Assembly (NCBI GenBank): GCA_964016885.1
Contig: OZ024743.1
Span: 89,528,001-89,592,000, forward strand
Reading direction: 5' to 3'
DNA length: 64,000 nucleotides
Source: Eledone cirrhosa
Taxonomy: Eukaryota
The notes below the pieces were generated by a model that made no database searches, was not told where the DNA came from, and worked only from the letters and a program-made list of their open reading frames with translations. Below, piece after piece: positions 46,247-58,007 of the stretch; position 1 is the first letter of the stretch, and each line of letters begins with the position of its first letter. A program made the position numbers and the translations under genes.

Positions 46247-47063
46247 GGTGTATTTTCAAACTGTTAGTTCTTTCGTTACTTTGGTATTGTGTGTTAGATT
46301 TTGCCTACCACAATGTTCAATTTGTCAGGCTATTTTAAACGTATGTTATTACTCTAAGGACCTACCTTGTCGAGTGCTTTGCTAACTCATTCATATCGTA
46401 GGTCGAATTCGCTTGCACACCGCCAAAGACTCGATTTTACTAAGCCTCCAATTATATTACTTTCTCCTAGATTTAATAATTAACTAATTAATTTAATTAG
46501 ACAATTCTGTTGATTGGTTAATTATTTGTGTTTGTTTAATAACATCTGGTTGAGAGCTTTATTCTGAATGTTAGCGGAAATTATAATATTTCCTTTGTCT
46601 AACACTTTGAATGACCCGCCAAAAAACCGGGGGTTATTTCCCTTGTTGGAAATAACACGTGACAACTAAATGTTCGATTCGTTGCTGTTAGCGGCACCAT
46701 TCAGTGTTTCGCCCCGTTCTTTGGTAGAACGAAATTCGTGTTGATAAAATTAGTCCCCTGTTCGATCATGAATCCCACGAGCTTGCCAGTTACGTAAGTC
46801 TGATATTTGATTTCGGATTCATAGAAACACTTTAAACGTATAATGTTTGATTTGTCCAGGTGTATTTTTCAACCTGTTAGTTCTTTCATTACTTTGGTAT
46901 ATTGTATGTTAGATTTTGCTTACCACAATGTTCAATTTGTCAAGCTATTTTAAACGTATGTTATTACTCTAATGACCCACCTTGTCGAGTGCTTTACTAA
47001 CTCATTCATATCGTAGGTTGAATTTGCTTGCACACCGCCAAAGATTCGATTTTACTAAGCTTC

Positions 47064-47072
<9 letters not shown>
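46247..47072. mobile_element. ~825-bp non-coding element with ~210-bp direct terminal repeats, inserted in (TA)n
   Basis: 46247-46457 matches 46858-47072. No TG..CA ends and no ORF. Confidence 0.7.
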
Positions 47073-47108
<36 letters not shown>

Positions 47109-47269
47109 GTGAGGTTTTTTTTACAAAATGAAAAATAATCGAGGTGTCCTACACGAGTGAAAGTATAAAGAAAAAAAGATGAAATCGAAAATGCAACTGG
47201 AGTCTTATTTAAAAAAATATATATATATATCTTTCTTCAATGAACTGTCGTTTGCTTTATTATTTCTGT

Positions 47270-47364
<95 letters not shown>

Positions 47365-47959
47365 TAGCAGAGTAATTCGTCGTTATCGAGCAACGTTCTC
47401 CCTAGAATGCCTTACTTTCATTTTTTTTAAATTCTATATCAGACCATGTCTCACTCGTGCTTCATCTCCCGTCAATCGTCAATCGTCCCCAAGGTGGTTC
47501 CTATGGAAAATTACCCAGTGGAGTTGCATGTTGAAGTGGTATCAGTGGCTTTTTGCGTACTTTAGAGTGAGCGTCTTCACTTAAATATCGGGTGACCTCT
47601 ATGAGAACAACACTCTGCCTGAAGCGAAAACAATGGCCCCTGCTGACGTCATGGATGGAAGGAATAATAAGCCTACATTGAAAGAATGCATGAGACGATC
47701 AATAAAAGCCCGCAGTAACAGTGATTGATATAGTATTGTTATTATTTTAGTTTATCTTTTCTTTTCGGAAGTCAGAAACTCCATGTGACCAAAAACTTTC
47801 TTCTGAGGACGGAGATTTCGAAAATCAAACCTCCTTTTCTCTAGGACGCACTCGGAGCCTTTTGGCGACATATACATACAAACATATATGCGCGCACACA
47901 TACATTACTAAATATATAGAAGATATATATACATATGTGTATATATATATATATATACA

Positions 47960-48007
<48 letters not shown>

Positions 48008-48014
<7 letters not shown>

Positions 48015-48385
48015 GTTTGTATATGTATAATAAAGCCAAAACAATGCAGGTATGGACATAGAATAAAGAATGCAAATGCAAAAGATATTGTTGACAATTA
48101 GTCTTTTACCTTAGATATATTTAAATGTCCTTAATTTTAGAGATAATATCTCTTCTTCGGAGGGAAGTAAAGCGGTTAAACCAGTGTTCTAAATAGCTAT
48201 TTAGAACACTGGTTTAACCGCTTTACTTCCCTCCGAAGAAGAGATATTATCTCTAAAATTAAGGACATTTAAATATATCTAAGGTAAAAGACTAATTGTC
48301 AACAATATCTTTTGCATTTGCATTCTTTATTCTATGTCCATACCTGCATTGTTTTGGCTTTATTATACATATACAAACGTTTATA
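48008..48385. repeat. Apparently perfect 378-bp palindrome with a decayed hammerhead motif in each arm
   Basis: Axis at 48196|48197 (AAATAG|CTATTT) with no spacer. 48229-48264 reads CCT-CCGAAGA-AGAGAT-ATT-ATCTCT-AAAA-TTA-AGG. Confidence 0.9.
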
Positions 48386-48437
48386 CCTCATTACACAATG
48401 CTTCAAGTAAACTCTAACTTCCTCCATATATATATAT

Positions 48438-48615
48438 ATATTTATTAAAATAACAGAAGATCCCGTTAAGGGTGAAAGCAGCGATTCTTTGCTTAAACTT
48501 TAATCTGTTATTTTAATAAATATTTGCTCTAGGATTCTTATATATTTGATATATATTTATCCTTATCGAGCCCTCTTTGGATTTTAGTCTTCAAATTTAT
48601 TATTATTACTATATA
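48438..48615 (+). mobile_element. Solo pseudo-LTR of the 30490-32750 PLE family with a short 5' inversion
   Basis: 48458-48615 matches 32595-32750. 48438-48457 is the reverse complement of 48504-48523. Confidence 0.75.
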
Positions 48616-49160
48616 TATAGGAAGGTCAACAATGAAAATCAGTGAAAAGAAACAAACACGGAGAACAATTACAAAGACCGCCATTAGGTTAACGCTTGCA
48701 TGAAATGAAAAGATGAAATTTCTTATTTAACATATCGGGCAATAGTCGTTCATCGAGGAAAGAAAAGAGGTAAGTTAGGAGAGAAAAGAGTTTAGTAGAA
48801 ACGTATATATGTATGTGTGTGTTCGTTACTCCTGATTTCTTTGGTGAAATGAAATCATAACAAATCATTCTTTGGATGTCTAATTAAACTAATTATGTGA
48901 TTGTTTTCACACTTTTTCTTGTTTCCCATCTTTATCAGTGATACAACAATTGATTCTCTCCTTTACCGAGTCATTCTCCAATATGTAAAACACTTTTACA
49001 CATTTTACAAAGAATCTCAGTGACATACTCGCATATTCTCTACTTTATTTATGTTATCCGTGTGTGTTTAAGTATGTGTGTGTTTATGTATGTACGTGTA
49101 CGTTTGTGCGTTTATGCGTCAAAATCTATAGTGGTATTAAAGATGTGATGCCAATAATGA

Positions 49161-49225
<65 letters not shown>

Positions 49226-49489
49226 ACGGCAGCAGCAGCAGCAACAGCAAGAGTAGTAAGGCAGTAGTTTGTATGATGCAGTTAGTTACGATGGAGAAAC
49301 AGAAAGGGGTGAAATATATATATACAGAGAGGCAGGCAGACAGTGAAAAAGAAATAGAGCGGGAGAGAGGGGGAGAGAGAAGGGAGAGAGAGATGGGTGA
49401 GAGAAGTAGGGAGACGGGGAAGAGAAGGGAGAAAGAGAGAGAAGGAGAGAGTGAGAGAGAAGAGAGAGAGAGAGAGGGGTTGGATACAT

Positions 49490-50000
49490 GTCAGTCATTT
49501 CAACCAAGTTATCATCAGAAACACCTTAGGTTCGACAACACCCATTCACTCCCTATTCAAGTAAGTTACACTCAGCCACCCCCATCGTTCGGCTGCTTAC
49601 TGGGTGGTCAAACGATATGGGAGGCTGGAAGAGGTGGGAAAACGTTTTGACATATACTAACTCTGGAAACATCCAGTAGACGATAGTTTTAAACATCCTC
49701 ATTGAAATATCTGGCCATGTTAAGACTATTTCAATAGCAGTGATCGTTAAACGTGGCCATCGCCGCCCATAAGACGGAGGAGAAGTCAGGTAAATACCAG
49801 GACTTGACTGACCGCTTTCTTTTGGTGTCAGTCACTGTCGAAACTTTTGGTTTCCTCGGTTCCTGAATTGCTGTTTTCCCTCGCAAAATTAAGAGGAGTG
49901 CACCCCCGTGAGGTAGAGCGGACGATGCAGCGAGTGTCGCTAGCTGTACTTCGCTGTAATGCCTTCATCCTGCTGTCCGTGGGGCGCAGCTAAGATATAC
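49490..50000 (+). pseudogene. Decayed C-terminus of a CRE-like RLE retrotransposon
   Basis: Fragments read GKRFD, AAHKTEEKSGKYQDL, VTVETFGFLG and MQRVSLAVLRCNAFIL, similar to the K..KY, ETxG and QRxSxAxxRxNA motifs. Confidence 0.55.
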
Positions 50001-50236
50001 CAGCTACACTAGGTATAACATATGCCGCTCTCTAATCCTTTCCTTTACTTTCGCTATATATATTATTTTCTTCCCTATTTTTTTACGTTTCTTTTTAATA
50101 TGCAAACATTCGAACTTATTTATGATCATTTAGAATTTGGCAGAATAATCAAACAACTTAGATGGAAGCTACTAATGACTATCGTCTGCTCTGTCAAACT
50201 ATACCAAACATATCAGAATTCTTACCTTACAACAAC

Positions 50237-50539
50237 CAGGGTTGGATTTAGATATTGAAAGGCCCCAGGGCACTTAAGGTTGGGGGGGGGGGGCACTTCA
50301 TACACAAAAAATTAGAATACACAGCACCACGGCCCCACTAATTTTACACACCAAAGCTCGCTTGCCGCAAGTAATTGGAACTGAAAAGTTATTAAATTCA
50401 AAAACTGTAACCCCGCTAAAACTAAAAAGCCCAGCTGAGGGCACAAATAAATTGCTACGGCCGTCACTGGTGGGGACCCCCACTGCAGGGGGTCCGAGAT
50501 ACCCCCCCCCCACACACACACACATTAAATCAGGCCATA
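50237..50539 (-). mobile_element. hAT-type MITE with 8-bp target-site duplication
   Basis: Ends CAGGGTTGGATTTA / TAAATCAGGCCATA. Flanks ACAACAAC (50229-50236) and ACAACAAT (50540-50547). Confidence 0.7.
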
Positions 50540-51288
50540 ACAACAATCAGTTCTTGATGTGACACCTATATTTGTTCGTTTGAATAGATTACTAAAAGAA
50601 TATAGTAAGATGGATGTAACAACTCGGAAACTACTCAGTATTATTGGACATTTCATCTCGTTGGTGAGTTGTTACTGTGTTCTAAATTTCCTTTAAATAA
50701 ACCCAGAAAATGTCGAACATTAACTAGTTGGTGAACGTAAGCTGTCAATGCGTTCAATACAAAATTAAATCACCGAGAACTAGAAAATAGAAAATAACAG
50801 AATTATCAAACACATTTTTTCGAATATCTTCAACAAATCGATCTTCCCACACACTGATTTCAGCTGAGTTAATGGTTTAAATAGATCGTAAACATTGATT
50901 TATTGTCCTCAACATCATTATTATATCCTCTCTTGTACACCTCAATCAATTCGCAGCCATCACTGAAACACGCAATCTTTTACGTATTGTAAAATATTTT
51001 TATAATTCCGTTTTTATAAGATAATCGTTCAATTTTCTTCGATTAATGTTCAATAGACCAGACTTGACGAGTGTCCCAGTTTGTGTTGAAGAGATGGGAG
51101 TGAAATGTCGTAGGTAAGAGAAGGGAGAATGCCAGACAGGCACACATAAAGACAGGCACAGATACAAATAGATAGATATATAGATATCTGGATCGATCTA
51201 TTGGAAAGTTGATTGACGTACAAACACTGGCATGGTGAGTATGTGCGTGTATATATATATATATGCAATCACATATATATGTACACAT

Positions 51289-51319
<31 letters not shown>

Positions 51320-51383
51320 CACACATTATATATATATACATACACACACACACATATATATATATACACAATATATAGTATAT

Positions 51384-51749
51384 ATGGTGGCTGCCAACTC
51401 GTTTTCGAGTACGGCCACTACTTTATATCCATGTAGGAGAACCCCTACCGATGCCGCTGAACGAGTGTGACGTTTTAGTCCAGCCAGCGACTTGAACACT
51501 CTGGTACAAACACTACACTTGTGACAATTATTGACACATAATGCTGGGCCCATGGTACCATGTGACGACAAGTGCAGAGAGATCTCCAGATATAAAGCAA
51601 TGCCTGTGCCGTGAAGCTTTTATAGTGAGCAAAGGCACTGCACAAAGCCAGTCCCACTCTCTTAACCAAGATGATATTTACCAAAAAGAAGAACAAGTCA
51701 ACATCATTGGATACCATCAGAATTCTAGGAGAAGGAAAACTCTGATATA
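51384..51749 (-). mobile_element. 3' fragment of an RTE-like LINE (same family as 21345-21724)
   Basis: Near-identical inverted copy with a C2H2-like CSVC..H motif. Confidence 0.65.
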
Positions 51750-51807
51750 ATAGTATATATACATACATACAAACACACACATATATATAATATACACGCA
51801 CCCACAT

Positions 51808-51908
<101 letters not shown>

Positions 51909-52217
51909 TGAACTGATAAATAAACTGACACCCACATATTTACAGAGATAAACTGACTGTTAAACAGATTGATCTAGCTATTGATCCATCGATTGAGGAA
52001 TAAATTGAGAGAAAGATACACAGAAAATGGAAATAGATATTTCTGTGTATATATATTTACGTATATGAGTATATATGTGTACCTAGATACATTAATCACA
52101 CACACACACACACACAAACACACAAATGTATGTATGTATGTATGTATGTATGTATGTATGTATGTATGTATGTATGTATGTATGTATGTATGTATGTATG
52201 AATGTATGTATGTATAG

Positions 52218-52249
<32 letters not shown>

Positions 52250-52264
52250 ATGTGTGTATGTATG

Positions 52265-52303
<39 letters not shown>

Positions 52304-52517
52304 ATGCATGTATGTATGTGTGTGTGTATGTAGGCAACTCAGGAAACTGGGATAACTCCGATATAAAACCTACAGCTCAGTAGTTGCCGATGATGTTGAT
52401 CTATTCTTCTTTTGGGGTTATAACTACTGTCGCTCAGAGAGTGGGATTGGCTCAGTGCACAGTCTTTCCTCACTTTAAAAATAATCTTCACGCACAGGCA
52501 TTGCACGATAGCATTAA

Positions 52518-52702
52518 TTAATTGTTTCTATTTTAGGCACAAGGCCAGCAATTACCCAGTGCATTACTGGTACTTTATTTTATCGACCCCGTAAGGATGA
52601 AAGGCAAAGTCAACCTCGGCGGGATTTGAACTCAGATCGTAAAGGGACGTAACTATGCTGGAAAGCATGGCGTCCGACCCTCTACCGACACTGCCAATTC
52701 AA
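52518..52702 (-). mobile_element. SINE family A (full length)
   Basis: Reverse complement of the 6638/18959 consensus, in an ATTAAT-rich site. Confidence 0.85.
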
Positions 52703-53065
52703 TTAATAATTATTAATAATGGTATATCGTGCAATGTCCATACTCGATAACGAGAGGGCAGCCATCATGTATGTATATAAGTGTGTGTGTAGATATGTGT
52801 GTGTGCACGCGTGTATTTGTATAGTCATGAAAGTTTGTCTATTTGTCTTGAAACAACGTACACCATTTCTCAACGGATTTTCACAGAATGTGGTGCAGAG
52901 ATCCATATCCATTCCAGAGTAATTCCTGTACAAAAAAATCCCGACTCTAAGCCGCCCTGGGGGTAAAAAGAGTGGATTGATTAATTAGAATATTCTAAAA
53001 TAGAATAAACATCTTTCTCTTTAAATCACACTTCTCTCTCTCCTTCTCATGTTTCTACTGTACTC

Positions 53066-53097
<32 letters not shown>

Positions 53098-53415
53098 CTT
53101 CTCTCTCTCACACACACAATGTTTTCACTTATCTCCGTGTGCATTGATGTGTGTTTTCATGTATGTATAAACTCATATGTAGAGTGTTAGTGCTCGTATT
53201 TCTTTTTTTGTGCGTGTGTGTATGTTTATCTATATAGGTATGTATAAATTTATCAATACGCATTACATGTTTGTGTGTGGATCTATGTGAGTGTATGATT
53301 GAGTCAGTACATTTTGTCAAAATCTGAGTTTCGTGTAAAACACAATGAATCTATAACCATATGTCAATTGGCTGTAAGTTTACAGGAGCAAGTGGGTAAT
53401 GGGTGTAAATCAGCT

Positions 53416-53975
53416 AAAGTAGGATCTCCAGTCTCTCATCTAACAAAGAAATCTTCTACAAACCGGTCTCTTATTATAATTGTTTCTACTTTTGGCACAA
53501 AGCCAGCAATTATCCCAGTTCATTACTGGTACTTTATTTTATCGACCCCGTAAGGATGAAAGGTAAAATCCCGCCGAGGTTAACTTTGTCTTTCATCCTT
53601 ACGGGGTCGATAAAATAAAGTACCAGTAATGAACTGGATTAATTGCTGGCCTTGTGCCAAAAGTAGAGACAATTATAATAAGAGACCGGTTTGTTGAAGA
53701 TTTCTTTGTTCGATGAGAGACTGGAGATCCACTTTCGACTGTTATTGATTTAATGTTTAAAATTATATGTAGGTGGCTGGCGTCAATATTAATGTTTCAT
53801 AACTTTTCATTTCGTTAGCTTTAAGGTTTGTATTTATCCTACATGTTTAGTTTTCTTTCTTTTCTTACTGCCGTTTTATTTTTCTTCCTCCCAAACATCA
53901 GCTCTTCTTTCTCCCATTCTATCTTATGATGAAGGACGAGCGTCCAAAACGTTAAGACTCTTCTCCAACTATATC
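53416..53975 (+). mobile_element. Fold-back containing two opposed partial SINE A copies, followed by a tail with a decayed hammerhead
   Basis: 53416-53567 mirrors 53585-53735. 53922-53957 reads TCTT-ATGATGA-A-GGACG-AG-CGTCC-AAAA-CGTT-AAGA. Confidence 0.65.
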
Positions 53976-53977
53976 AA

Positions 53978-54309
53978 GAGCATGGCTTAGTAGTCAGAGC
54001 GTTAGGCTCACAATCATGAGATTCTGAGTTCGATTCCCGGACTGGGTGATGCGTTATATCTTTGAGCAAGACACTTTATTTCACTCAGCTGGGAAACATG
54101 AGTTGCGGCGTCACTGGTGTCAAGCTGTAGCGGCCATTGCCTTTACCTTGGAAGACATCGCTGTCGTAGAGAAGGGGATTGGTATGCATGGGTAGCAGCT
54201 GGTCTCCCACAAAAACATCTAGCCCGGGCTTATGCCTGAGAGGAGAACTTTCTAAGTGTAAAGCCCATGGTCATTCCTGACTTAAGGGGTCTTAAACATT
54301 TACCCTTTC

Positions 54310-54310
<1 letters not shown>
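53978..54310 (+). mobile_element. SINE family B (near full length)
   Basis: TGGCTTAGTAGTCAGAGCG, GAGTTCGATTCCC, TTGAGCAAGACACTTTATTTCAC. Its 3' part matches 20540-20712 in reverse. Confidence 0.75.
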
Positions 54311-54359
<49 letters not shown>

Positions 54360-54370
54360 CTGTGTGTGTG

Positions 54371-54431
<61 letters not shown>

Positions 54432-54519
54432 AAAAAGCAAACAAAAGTAACAAAGCAAACGACTCAGTACAACGGAGAAATATATTATTAGTTTTACGCT
54501 TGATATAGTAGGAAAAGAG

Positions 54520-54555
54520 TTTTAACGTTTCGGACGCTAGTTCTTCACCAGAAAA
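54520..54555 (-). ncRNA. Decayed minimal hammerhead motif (same family as 53922)
   Basis: Minus strand reads TTTT-CTGGTGA-A-GAAC-TAGC-GTCC-GAAA-CGTT-AAAA. Confidence 0.55.
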
Positions 54556-55065
54556 TAGAATGAGAAATTAAAGAAGGAATAATAGTCGGACGGAAGAGAA
54601 AGGTGGAGGAAAAGTGGTAGTGAGTCATAGTATATAGGAACAAGCAAAAATGTATCAGAATATCCAGTGATCCGAAAAGATATCCAAGTGGAAGTTTGAA
54701 TTGAGTCCGGGTAAAAATCCAGTGTAGGAATCCGACGAATTTGAGGGTCCGCGTAAGTGTATATCAATATATATATAAATGTGTATGTATGTGTATGTAT
54801 GTGTGTGTGTGTGTGTGTGTACGTACGTATGTATGTATAGAACATGCGAACAATGAATGGATACATACAGACAAGTACGTGTGTTTGTAGTATAGAATGA
54901 GTATGTGTGAATATCTTAGATTATTCATTCACCCTGCTGTCTCACAATACCACAGTAACTATGGCTTTATCTCAGACAATCACACCACAAATAACTACAA
55001 CCTTTGTCAACAATCGATATTGTTTATTGTCTCATATTTCAAGTCTATATTAAGAAATTTGTGGT

Positions 55066-55483
55066 GGATTAGCAGTATCGGTAGAGGGTCGGACGCCATG
55101 CTTTGACGCATTGAGCTACGGCCCTTGCTATTCTGAGTTCAAATCCCGCCGAGGTTAACTTTGCCTTTTATCCTTACGGGGTCGATAAAATAAAGTACCA
55201 GTAATGCACTGGGTAATTGCTGGCCTTGTGCCAAAAGTAGAAACAATTATTATTATTATTAGCGCAGTGGATTGGCAGTATCGGTAGAGGGTCGGACGCC
55301 ATGCTTTGCAGCATAGAGTTACGGCCCTCTACAGTCTGAGTTCAAATCCCGCCGAGGTTAACTTTGCCTTTCATCCTTACAGGGCCAATAAAATAAAGTA
55401 CCAGTAATGTACTGGTGTCGATTTAATCGACTTCCCCCCTCCCACTAATTATTAGCCTTGTGCCTATATAAGAAATCATTATT
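55066..55483 (+). mobile_element. Two tandem SINE A copies with (ATT)n tails
   Basis: Copies at 55066-55260 and 55266-55483, each starting TGGATT(A/G)GCAGTATCGGTAGAGGG. Confidence 0.85.
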
Positions 55484-55486
55484 GAC

Positions 55487-55806
55487 TACTCTGACCTGTA
55501 CCTGTAGGCTGGTTAATTTGAGGAGGAGAGGGGTGTCCTCCCCGGATGTCATAGAAGCGTCGGGTGGTTCAGGATTGGTGGGGGACCTAAGTCGCCCCTG
55601 GATGGTTCACTCACCCCTCTATTGGGGAATTTATTTTGTTATTTTTATACATAGTTTATTTTAATATTTTTTCATTGTTAAATTGATTTTATTGTGTATT
55701 TTTACTCGACCTTATTATAAACCCCACTGTTCGTGTCTTTGTATTGTCCCCTACATGTCGGCCCTTGTGGCCAATAAATAAAATCATTATTATTATTATT
55801 ATTATT
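55487..55806 (+). mobile_element. Tx1-type LINE 3' UTR fragment (array unit 1)
   Basis: Matches 57694-58007. Ends GGCCCTTGTGGCCAATAAATAAAATC(ATT)n. Confidence 0.85.
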
Positions 55807-58007
55807 GGAGTATTCTCAGTTCTGTGAGCAGGGGAGTGGTGACGCTGATAAGGAAAGACGAGAACAAGAGGGATACATTAGACAACTTCAGGCCCATAAC
55901 TCTGCTCAACACAGAGTTTAAGATTTTGGCCAAGGTGTTAGCAAAGAGGTTGGCGCTTGTCGTCAAGGATTTGGTTGGGAAGGCGCAATCCCAGCCAGGT
56001 CCATACACGACAATCTCCACCTCATGCGATACATCATAGAGAGGGTAGGGTGTAAACCTGGCTTCCGTGGGGCACTGATTAATTTAGATCAATCGAAAGC
56101 ATTCGATAGGGTCGACCATCGTTACCTGGAGTTTGTACTCAAAGCGGCTGGCTTTGGCCCTGTCTTCAGAAGCTGGTTCGCTGCAATGCACAGCGGCCAC
56201 CCCTCGGAACCATTTCGACTCTCCCGATCGGTCCGTCAAGGGTGCCCTCACTCTTCCCTTCTGTACGTATTGACTCTCGAGCCTTACTGCGGAAGCTGGA
56301 GCTGTTGCAGGGCATCCCGCTCGAACCGGGACGTGGAGAGGCGGTGTCGGCTTATGCGGACGACATCACCGTGATGGTGTCGGACACATCAGAAATCGAG
56401 GTGGTCGGCACCTTATTGAAGGAATATGAAAGGTTGACAGGAGCCAAACTTAACCCGGAAAAGACGGTGGACTTGCAGCTCGGAACCTGGAGAGGCAAGC
56501 CTATGCCGTCCAACAGCGTCGTGTGGCGCTGGACGGACGGACCGGTAAAGTTGATCGGGGTTTGGTTCAAACCAGACCTCCAGGTGGAAAAGAATTGGGA
56601 CGAGGTAACGACCAGAGTAGCCAGTCTCACCCAAAAATGGGCTGGGAGGAAGCTATCACTGAAAGGTCGCGCAGAGGTAGCGAATGAGTACATCGCGTCC
56701 GTCATCTACTACTGCCTGACCGTAGTGCCTTGCCCTCGACCACGCCTCGTCAAGTTGGAACGGCTCCTATTCAAATTCTTGTGGAGGGGACAAGTCCGTT
56801 GGTGAGGCGGCCCATCTGCTGCTAGCACTCTCTAGGTGGAGGGCTGGGCATGCCGTGGCTAATGATGCGCAGACATGCGTTGAGGCTGCGACATCTCCAG
56901 ATATTCTGCCTAAACGGTGAACAGGTGTGGTCGCCGTTTATCAGACGGGCCTTTCTGCAGTCCTGGGTCTGCAGTCCTGGGTCAAGAAAAGACCGAGACT
57001 GGTTGGCTGGCTCCTACCTGGAATGTTTCCAGGCACTCACTGACCTCCACCAAGCAGGCAATGCGATCAGTGGAACTTCCACTCTCAAGTTCAATAGAGG
57101 ATTAGTGGTGGGCAAGTGCGATGACACACTCGGAGAAGCTTTGGGCCTCGACGAAGTCGAACTGACCAGTCTGTACCGGAGGACTTTCGAGCCGGGGACG
57201 ATGGACAATTTCCAGAAATCCCTCGCTTGGCAGTGCTACCGGGGCCCACTGCCGGTTCGGGATAAACTCTACAGGCACGGAAGTGGTGTCAGACGGACCT
57301 GCCCAAGATGCGCACAGAACGATGAAACCGTTCTGCACGCACTCGTCCAGTGTCCGTGCATTACTGACTTGTGGAGTTATGTCGAACAGCTACTGTCGCG
57401 TGTGGAACGAATCAGGCTGTTGGCCGAGTCCATAGTGAAGATCGACCCACCGCCTTCCTTAGGTCAGGAAGAGCAGGAAATTTTCCTCTGTCTGGTGGCC
57501 GTTGCGAAAGAGGTTATATGGTGGACCAGATTAAAAGGACTGAAGACAGAGACTTTTCTCTTCAGCCAATCCCTCATCAACTTCTTCAAGTTCCACCTGG
57601 AAAGGAAGGTGTGGGTGGAGAGACAAGTGCTGCCTCCCAATACATTTGCTAAAAGGTGGATGAATATGGCGAGAATGGCCCGTGTGAATGGGCCTACTCT
57701 GACATGCGCCTATAGGCTAGCTAACTTGAGGAGAGGGGTGCTCTCCCTGGGTGCCCTTGAAGCGCAGGGTGGTTCAGGATGGTGGGGTACCCGAGTCACC
57801 CCAGGGTCGTCCACCCCCTATCGGGGAATTTATTTTGTTATATTTATGCAATTTATTTTATATTTTTTATATCTTCATTGTTAAATTAGTCTTGCCATTG
57901 TGCACTTTTACTCGACCTTATTGCAAACCCCCACTGTCCCTGTCTTTATATTGTCCCCTACATGTCGGCCCTTGTGGCTAATAAATGAAATCATTATTAT
58001 TATTATT
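55807..58007 (+). mobile_element. Tx1-type LINE, 5'-truncated ORF2 (array unit 2)
   Basis: [73 protein letters not shown], and an (ATT)n tail. Confidence 0.92.

Noticed and set aside
47800-47830. CTGAGGA...GAAA motif
   Set aside because: Stem I and stem III are not supported; could be chance.
48729-48757. Minus-strand hammerhead-like trace CTCGATGAACGACTATTGCCCGATATGTT
   Set aside because: Too many core mismatches to call.
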